A DNA stretch of 64,000 nucleotides. It comes from an uncultured Solirubrobacteraceae bacterium. GTDB taxonomy: Bacteria; Actinomycetota; Thermoleophilia; Solirubrobacterales; Solirubrobacteraceae. The notes under the pieces were generated by a model. That model was not told where the DNA came from, did no database searches, and saw only the letters and a list, made by a program, of their open reading frames with translations. This document shows, in pieces, positions 56,915 through 64,000 of the stretch. How positions within the stretch are numbered: position 1 is the first letter of the stretch; each line of letters opens with the position of its first letter. The stretch is taken from assembly GCA_963701145.1 (NCBI GenBank), contig OY969572.1, positions 2,405,387-2,469,386 of the forward strand, read 5' to 3'. Both the position numbers and the translations under genes were made by a program.

Positions 56915-58372
56915 CTATGGCCCGCTCGGCGTCTGCCATTCGCGGGCGGCCTCTTCCGGGAGGGAGTTGGGCGGCACGGTCACCGAGCCGAAGTTCACGC
57001 AGCCGCCGCTCTGGCGTTGGGCTCGGGTGAGTTCGATCGCCGGGAGCTTCGGCCTGTTCTTGTCCGGCCCGGCGAAGTTGAACGCGCTCGTGAGGTCGCC
57101 GGTGGCTTCCCGCCGCCATTCGCTCAGGTTCGGCACCTCGACGCCGAACCGGGCCTCCAGGAACCGCAGGATGGAGGTGTGGTCGAACACGTCCGGGCAC
57201 AGGAAGCCGCCGCGGCTGAACGGCGAGACGACGAGCATCGGCACCCTGAAGCCGAGCCCGATGGGACCGGCGATGCCGCCGGAGTCGCCCGTGATGTCGG
57301 GCGCGGTGAGGTACTCGCCGGGCGTGCCTTCGGGTGCGACCGGCGGGGCCACGTGGTCGAAGAAGCCGCCGTTCTCGTCCCACGTGAGGAACAGCGCCGT
57401 GTTCGCCCACACGCTGGGATGGTGGAAGAGCCGCTTGACGAGCTTCTCCACGGTGTACTCGCCCGCGGCCGCCGTCGAGAAGCCCGGGTGCTCGGTGTCC
57501 TCGAACGACGCGAGGATCCACGAGACCTGGGGAAGCTCTTCGTTCGCCAGGTCGGCGGAGAAGTCGCACGGATACAGCGCCTCGAAGGCCAGTTCCGCGA
57601 GCTCGGCGTTCGTCTGGTAGTTGCGGAAGTAGCTCAACACGTTGTCTTCCACGCCCCGTTCGGCGCCCGTGTAGATCTTCCAGCTCACCCCCGCCGCGGA
57701 GAGCTGCTCGGGCATGGTCGCCCACGTGAAGCGCCCGGCGAGCGCCGCCCGCGCCTCGAACGACTCCGTTTCCACCAACGGCCCGCCCGCTTCGCCGTCC
57801 GGATCGATGCTCGCCGACATGCTGTACAGGCGGTTGGGGTCGGTGGGCCCGAGCATCGAGCAGTGGTAGTTCTCGCAGATGGTGAAGGCTTCCGCGAGCG
57901 CGTAGTAGAAGGGAATGTCCGCGCGCTCGTAGTAGCCCATCGTCGCCGGGCCCGCGTCCGGGCCGTCGAAGGCGAGGTGGGCGCGCACGAAGCCGTCCAT
58001 CGCCCCTCCGTCCCAGCTCTGGTGCTGGGGCACCCATTTGTGGGTGATGTCGGGAAAGCACTGTGGCATCCCGCCCGTTTCCAGGTGGAAGGGCAGCAGC
58101 TCCCCTTCGTACCCGGGGGCCGGGTAGCCGCCCTGGGCGAGCACCGCCGGGGCGGCGTCCGCGAAGCCGCGCACGCCGGGCAGGGTGCCGAAGTAGTGAT
58201 CGAACGAGCGGTTCTCCTGAATCAGGATCACCACGTGCTCGATGTCCGACAGCGTCCCCGGGTGCGAGCGGGCGGCCAGCGCCCGGCGGATCAGCGGGTC
58301 GGCTTCCAGCGCGAGCACCCCCGTCGCCGCCCCCGTCGCCAGCAACTCCCTGCGCGTCATCCCTGCCTGCAT
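56915..58372 (-). CDS. Tat-exported phospholipase C / phosphoesterase
   Basis: TRRELL Tat motif; QENRSFDHYFG, GPTDPNR, TWDENGGFFDHV, GFRVP, FDHTS. Confidence 0.92.
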   Translation of the reverse strand: MQAGMTRRELLATGAATGVLALEADPLIRRALAARSHPGTLSDIEHVVILIQENRSFDHYFGTLPGVRGFADAAPAVLAQGGYPAPGYEGELLPFHLETGGMPQCFPDITHKWVPQHQSWDGGAMDGFVRAHLAFDGPDAGPATMGYYERADIPFYYALAEAFTICENYHCSMLGPTDPNRLYSMSASIDPDGEAGGPLVETESFEARAALAGRFTWATMPEQLSAAGVSWKIYTGAERGVEDNVLSYFRNYQTNAELAELAFEALYPCDFSADLANEELPQVSWILASFEDTEHPGFSTAAAGEYTVEKLVKRLFHHPSVWANTALFLTWDENGGFFDHVAPPVAPEGTPGEYLTAPDITGDSGGIAGPIGLGFRVPMLVVSPFSRGGFLCPDVFDHTSILRFLEARFGVEVPNLSEWRREATGDLTSAFNFAGPDKNRPKLPAIELTRAQRQSGGCVNFGSVTVPPNSLPEEAAREWQTPSGP

Positions 58373-58432
58373 TCCCACTCCCCGGACGGCACTCCCCTGC
58401 CGGCCGATCATACGCCGATCGGGCTACATGCG

Positions 58433-58452
58433 TGTTGTAGGATGCTACAACA
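58433..58452. promoter_or_regulatory. Perfect inverted repeat upstream of PLC
   Basis: TGTTGTAG-N4-CTACAACA. Confidence 0.45.
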
Positions 58453-58466
58453 ATGCCCGCGCGCAG

Positions 58467-58880
58467 TCAGGGTATGAGATCGAATGCTTCGCGGTGACGG
58501 GGTGTGATCGCAGCGAAGTGTCTGCGGTCGAGGGTGATGATGGTCGGCGTGTCGAGTCGCTCGGCAAGGGCGACCACGGAGGCGTCCGTTCCTCCCAGTG
58601 GAAAGTCGGCGTACTTCTCCACGAGCTCCGCCATGCGTGTGAAGTCGCCGCTGTCCGGTCCCTCCACGTCGAGCTCCCCGATGCCCCGGAGGAACCTGCT
58701 CTCCGCTCGCGGGCCGAGTCGTCGCCCCACGAAGTAGGTGGCCTCAGCCACGACCAGCGCGGGGACGACCAGGCGGAGGTCGGTTCGCGAGAGTGCGGTG
58801 CGACATGCCAGGTGATCCCGATCGTCGGCGTCAGCCGCCGCATACAGCGGGCCGGCGTCAACAACGGCCAGGGACGTCAT
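58467..58880 (-). CDS. vapC: PIN domain toxin VapC
   Basis: VVDAGPL, VVAEA, LGGTDASVVALAE, TLDRRHF. Confidence 0.9.
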   Translation of the reverse strand: MTSLAVVDAGPLYAAADADDRDHLACRTALSRTDLRLVVPALVVAEATYFVGRRLGPRAESRFLRGIGELDVEGPDSGDFTRMAELVEKYADFPLGGTDASVVALAERLDTPTIITLDRRHFAAITPRHREAFDLIP

Positions 58881-59103
58881 CCCACTCTTGCTCCAACAGC
58901 TGCTCCATGTCTCGGGCGGTGGTGCGATGGCCGCTGCGGCCAACCGCGGCAAATGCGAGCACACGCGGCTCGTCGTCTCCCAAGCCGAGGTGTTGCGCCA
59001 GGGCCGTCCGCGTCACCTCGGACGCAGAGGAGCGTCTTCGTTGTGCCTCGCGGGCAAGCGCTTGAGCAAGGTCATCGGGAAGAGATATCGTGGTGCGCTT
59101 CAT
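58858..59103 (-). CDS. vapB: RHH/CopG antitoxin VapB
   Basis: MKRTTISLPDDLAQAL; extended -10 TGCTAGTAT 6 nt before ATG (leaderless). Confidence 0.88.
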   Translation of the reverse strand: MKRTTISLPDDLAQALAREAQRRRSSASEVTRTALAQHLGLGDDEPRVLAFAAVGRSGHRTTARDMEQLLEQEWDDVPGRC

Positions 59104-59143
59104 ACGTGCATACTAGCACCCCGCCAATTCGTGCTGAACGGCA

Positions 59144-60094
<951 letters not shown>

Positions 60095-60146
60095 CTCGGC
60101 TGGCGAGTCTAAAGCGGCGGCTCTGCTCTGGACTCGCTCGGCCCGC

Positions 60147-60404
60147 TCACTCCTCTTCCGCGCGCCAGCGCCGGTAGAGCTCGCTGAACTCCTCGCGCAT
60201 CGCCGGCGTCATGTCCTCGGCGCCGAGGCTCCCGGTCAGCCGGATCGTGGCCCGCATCTGGTGCAGGTACTCAGTGCAGTTCTCGCAGCCCGCCAGGTGC
60301 GCCTCGAAGCGCCGGCGCTGAGAGCGCGAAAGCGTCCCCTCGAGGTATTCGGTGACCAGCTCGACCATCTCCTGACACGCCAGCCCGTGGCGATTCCAGA
60401 ACAT
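60147..60404 (-). CDS. zf-HC2 anti-sigma factor
   Basis: LACQEMVELVTEYLEG...FEAHLAGCENC (HxxxCxxC). Confidence 0.88.
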   Translation of the reverse strand: MFWNRHGLACQEMVELVTEYLEGTLSRSQRRRFEAHLAGCENCTEYLHQMRATIRLTGSLGAEDMTPAMREEFSELYRRWRAEEE

Positions 60405-60406
60405 CG

Positions 60407-61060
60407 CTATGCGCCCCCCAACTCTTCTTCCAGGGCCTGGCGCAGGTGGCTGCGCCCGCGGTGCAGCAGCACCCGCTGGTTGGCCTCGCTTATCTCCAGC
60501 ACCGCGCACACCTCCCGCCCGCTGAGCCCATCGACGTCGCGCAGCATCACCACCTCGCGCTGGCGCACGGGGAGCCCCTCGAGGGCCGCCCCGATCTCCT
60601 CCGCGAGCCCCTGCGCCAGCAGCCTGTCCTCCGCGTCCTCGACCCAATGCTGTGGCGGCGACATCCACGCTCCCGAGGCGTCGAAGCGCGCGCGGTCGAC
60701 CACCGGGCCCGCGTCTCCCACGGCGACACTGCGGCGCTCACGCATGCCGGTGCTCGTGGCGCGATTGACGAGGATGCGCAGCAGCCAGGTCCGGAACGTG
60801 GAGCGCCCGGCGAAGCCGTCGATCCCGCGCAGTACGCCCACCCAGGTGTCCTGCACGACCTCCTCGGCCACCGCCCGGCTCGACACGAGCGAGCTGGCAA
60901 GGCGCATCATCGTGGCGTGATGGCGCGACACCAGCGTCACGAACGCGTCTTGCTCGCCGGCGCGCAGCCGCGCAACGAGCTCGCCGTCCTCGTCCACTCC
61001 GGGGTCGACGCGGCGCCCGCGCAGCGGCACCAGGATCGCCGCGATCAACCCCAGGTGCAT
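60407..61060 (-). CDS. ECF sigma-70 factor
   Basis: AEEVVQDTW, FAGRSTFRTWL, LPVRQREVVMLRD, NQRVLLHRGR; start may be GTG 60997. Confidence 0.92.
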   Translation of the reverse strand: MHLGLIAAILVPLRGRRVDPGVDEDGELVARLRAGEQDAFVTLVSRHHATMMRLASSLVSSRAVAEEVVQDTWVGVLRGIDGFAGRSTFRTWLLRILVNRATSTGMRERRSVAVGDAGPVVDRARFDASGAWMSPPQHWVEDAEDRLLAQGLAEEIGAALEGLPVRQREVVMLRDVDGLSGREVCAVLEISEANQRVLLHRGRSHLRQALEEELGGA

Positions 61061-61169
61061 GTTGGGGGAGGGGGTCGAAGCTGACAGTCACAGCGCATGC
61101 CTTTCATTCCTCGCCGGGCAGGCTACGGCGCCCACCTGGGCGCCGCAACCCGCAAGGCGTGGCCGGTGG

Positions 61170-62294
61170 CTAGCCGGCGACGATGCCCTCGCCGCCGATG
61201 GCGCCGGGAACCGTGACTTCCCCGAGCTTGCTCAGTTCGCCGTGCGCTCCCACGGAGAACTCGTCCACGTCCCCTTCCGCGCCCGTCTGGACGTAGAGGA
61301 CGTGGCCGTCGGGGGTGACCGTCGCGTCAACCGTGCCGCCCCCCGTGGTCGTGTCTCCCAGCAGTGCCAGCACCTGTCCGTTGGCGCTCTCCTGGAAGGC
61401 GCTCAGCGAGGCGCTGCCCGGGTTGGAGGTGTAGAAGTGCCCGCGGGCCTCCACCACCCAGCACGTGGCGAGCTGTTCGGAGGGCACCACGTCGAGCTGT
61501 TCGATGGCGCCGCTTTCGTCCAGCTTGAAGTCGCCGAGCGCGCCCGCGCTCTCCGACAGGATCAGGTGTTCATGCTGGTCGAAGGTGATCGCGAACGGAA
61601 CCGTTCCCGGCAGCGGGTTCACGACCGGCGAGCCCGACAGCAGGCCGCCGGGGGCCACCGAGAACACGTCCACGTCGTTGCCGTTGGCCTTGGTCGTGAC
61701 GATCAACTGCGAGCCGCTCGGCGAGAACACGACCGTGCCCGGCGAGTGCGTGAACTGCGGCGTCGCCGTCGGGTTCAGGCCGAGGGCGCGAGTGGAGCCC
61801 GCGAGCGGCACGAGCCGGCCCGCCGAGACCTCGAAGCCCTGCACGGACCCGCCTTCCAGGGCGTTCAGGACGTACACGAGGCCCTCGTGCACGGCGATGC
61901 TCACCGGGAACGTTCCGCCCGAGCTGATCACCTGGCGCAGCGCCAACCTGTCGCCGAGCACGGCGAACACCGACACCGTGTTGCTGCCCGCGTTGACCGC
62001 GTACAGCAGGCCGTTCGCGCTGTCGTACGCGAGCGAGCCCTGCGAGGCCAGGTGGTCCACTTCCGAGCCTTCGAGCTGCCCACCGAGGCCGTCGGTGTCG
62101 TAGCTGCCGGCCTGCGTGAGCGTGCCAACGCCTGAGCGGTCGTACACGACGATCTGGTTGCCGCTGAGGTTGTCGGTCTGGACGAACACCGCATGCGAGG
62201 TCGGTGTCGCGAGCGCCGGGGTCGCTCCCACGGCAGCGGCGAGCACTGCGGTCGCGGCGACGATCGCCACGCTGAGGCGTGCAATTGCTTTCAT
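61170..62294 (-). CDS. Secreted lactonase-like beta-propeller protein
   Basis: Signal peptide; repeats LYAVNAGSNTVSVF, LVYVLN, YTSNPGS. Confidence 0.8.
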   Translation of the reverse strand: MKAIARLSVAIVAATAVLAAAVGATPALATPTSHAVFVQTDNLSGNQIVVYDRSGVGTLTQAGSYDTDGLGGQLEGSEVDHLASQGSLAYDSANGLLYAVNAGSNTVSVFAVLGDRLALRQVISSGGTFPVSIAVHEGLVYVLNALEGGSVQGFEVSAGRLVPLAGSTRALGLNPTATPQFTHSPGTVVFSPSGSQLIVTTKANGNDVDVFSVAPGGLLSGSPVVNPLPGTVPFAITFDQHEHLILSESAGALGDFKLDESGAIEQLDVVPSEQLATCWVVEARGHFYTSNPGSASLSAFQESANGQVLALLGDTTTGGGTVDATVTPDGHVLYVQTGAEGDVDEFSVGAHGELSKLGEVTVPGAIGGEGIVAG

Positions 62295-62492
62295 TGAAGA
62301 TGCTCCTCGGGGTTGGGGTGGACTTGCGAGATTCAGTCCGGCCAGCCCGCGATGCGTTACAGCGAACGTCTCAGAACAGGTGCACGTGCCCCGGCGAGAT
62401 GGTGAAGCCGTGCCCCGCGGCGGCGCTCGACGGCAGCAGCGAGAGGGCCAGCAGCGCGAGTACGGCAGAGCGCACGACTAGAGTCTGAGGCC

Positions 62493-63467
62493 GTGTCCGC
62501 TGCGACCCACATCCAACAGGACGCGCCGGTCGCGCCCGCGAGGACGCCCGCCGGCGAGACCGAGCCGGACCCGCCCCCGGGCATCGACCGCGTCGCCAAC
62601 GTGCTCGTGATGGTCGTGCCGCTGCTGCTGGTGGGCGTGGCGGCGTGGCGGGCCTGGGGTGGAGCGCTGCGCTGGCCCGACCTCGTCGTGCTCGCGCTCA
62701 CCTACCTGCTCACGGGCTTCGGCGTGACGGTCGGTTTTCATCGCCTGTTCACCCACCGCAGCTTCAAGACGAGCCCGGCGATGCGCGCGCTGCTCGCCGC
62801 GCTCGGCTCGGCCGCCGTGGAGGGCCCGGTGATCGAGTGGGTGGCCAACCACCGAAAGCACCACCGCTTCTCAGACCAGCCCGGAGATCCGCACAGCCCG
62901 CACCTCGAGCACGGCGCCGGCTGGCGCGGCGCGTTCGCCGGCCTGTACCACGCGCACGTCGGCTGGATCTTCAACGGCGAGGGGCTGGCCGCACGTGAGC
63001 GCTACGCCAAGGACCTGCTCGCCGACCCGATCGTGTCGTTCATAGACCGCACGTTCCTCGTGTGGGTGCTGGCCGGGCTCGCCTTCCCGTTCGCCCTGGG
63101 CTTCGCGCTCACCGGCACGCTCGTCGGCGGGCTGACCGGCCTGCTGTGGGGCGGCGCCGTGCGCATGTTCTTCCTGCACCACGCCACCTTCTCCATCAAC
63201 TCCCTGTGCCACTACTTCGGCCGGCGCACGTTCCCCACCGGCGACCAGTCGCGCAACCTGCCCTGGCTGGCGGTGCCGACGTTCGGCGAGGCGTGGCACA
63301 ACAACCACCACGCCTTCCCCACCTCCGCCCGCCACGGACTGCGCTGGTGGCAGCTCGACCCGTCCGCCTGGCTGATCCTCGCCCTGGAGCGCGTGGGCCT
63401 GGTGTGGGACGTCGTGCGCATCGCTCCCGAGCGCCAGCTCGCGAAGCTGGCGGACGCCGGCTCGTAG
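62493..63467 (+). CDS. Acyl-CoA/acyl-lipid desaturase (second copy)
   Basis: His boxes HRLFTH, HRKHH, HNNHH. Confidence 0.92.
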   Translation: MSAATHIQQDAPVAPARTPAGETEPDPPPGIDRVANVLVMVVPLLLVGVAAWRAWGGALRWPDLVVLALTYLLTGFGVTVGFHRLFTHRSFKTSPAMRALLAALGSAAVEGPVIEWVANHRKHHRFSDQPGDPHSPHLEHGAGWRGAFAGLYHAHVGWIFNGEGLAARERYAKDLLADPIVSFIDRTFLVWVLAGLAFPFALGFALTGTLVGGLTGLLWGGAVRMFFLHHATFSINSLCHYFGRRTFPTGDQSRNLPWLAVPTFGEAWHNNHHAFPTSARHGLRWWQLDPSAWLILALERVGLVWDVVRIAPERQLAKLADAGS

Positions 63468-63595
63468 AACCCGTTTCAAGGGTTCTCAGGGCTCGCGCCG
63501 GGTATTGGCCAGACGGCCAGTTCGTCGCCACGACGGCGCAGCGGGAGGAGTATCGTGGCTGCAGGAGAGCATCGGCGCCGACAAAGGGGAGAGAC

Positions 63596-64000
63596 ATGTA
63601 CGACTACGTGATCGTGGGAGCTGGATCGGCGGGTTGCGTGCTCGCCAACCGCCTCAGCGAGGATCCGGACGTCAGCGTGCTGCTGCTCGAGGCCGGGCCC
63701 CCGGACACCAACCAGAACATCCACGTCCCGCTCGGGTACCTGCAGCTCCCGCGCACGGAGATCGACTGGGACTACTGCACGGCGCCCGAGCCCGAGTGCA
63801 ACAGCAGGCGCATACCGCTGCCCCGGGGCAGGGTGCTCGGCGGCTCCTCCTCGATCAACGCCATGGTCTACATCCGCGGCAACCGCCGCGACTACGACGA
63901 ATGGGGCGTCCCCGGCTGGTCGGCTGCCGATCTCGTGCCGTACTTCCTGAAGTCCGAGGACAACGAGCGCGGCGCCTCGCGCTGGCACGGGGCCGGCGGG
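63596..64000 (+). CDS. GMC oxidoreductase (choline dehydrogenase-like), truncated by window end
   Basis: YDYVIVGAGSAGCVLANRLSE, LLEAG, GRVLGGSSSINAMVYIRG. Confidence 0.93.
   Translation, partial: MYDYVIVGAGSAGCVLANRLSEDPDVSVLLLEAGPPDTNQNIHVPLGYLQLPRTEIDWDYCTAPEPECNSRRIPLPRGRVLGGSSSINAMVYIRGNRRDYDEWGVPGWSAADLVPYFLKSEDNERGASRWHGAGG

Overview
High-GC (about 70% by eye) bacterial DNA with actinobacterial gene content. The many Cys-containing secreted hypothetical proteins suggest Thermoleophilia/Solirubrobacterales (inference, not tested). The left end holds tRNA-Ala(UGC) at 1408-1480, with a ~9.8 kb integrative mobilisable element inserted at its 3' end. The element has 47-bp att repeats (1434-1480 and 11241-11287), a tyrosine integrase, an excisionase-like HTH, a frameshifted MOBF/TrwC relaxase-helicase, a PIN toxin pair, an orphan Phd antitoxin, eight GAGTACC arm-type repeats and relics of a tRNA-Val-like end. 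The rest is accessory and metabolic DNA. Toxin-antitoxin content is high: two GNAT/DUF1778 pairs, VapBC and a DUF2283 pair. Signalling and regulatory genes include a cyclase-STAND-LuxR regulator, an MFS-cNMP-patatin fusion, an ECF41 locus and an ECF/anti-sigma pair. Enzymes include hydrolases, two acyl-CoA desaturases, a Tat-exported DyP-like protein lacking the catalytic Asp, a P450, a GH9, a phospholipase C and a partial GMC oxidoreductase. A complete IS630 sits exactly in two overlapping stop codons. The best novelty candidates are (i) a Sec-type secreted collagen-like protein ending in a T3SS needle/filament-like helix, (ii) a PucR-linked atypical SDR-like gene coupled to a desaturase, (iii) the Asp-less DyP-like protein and (iv) signs of tRNA target switching by the IME. 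No CRISPR array, rRNA or prophage structural genes were seen. All family calls come from motif recognition by eye; no database searches were run.
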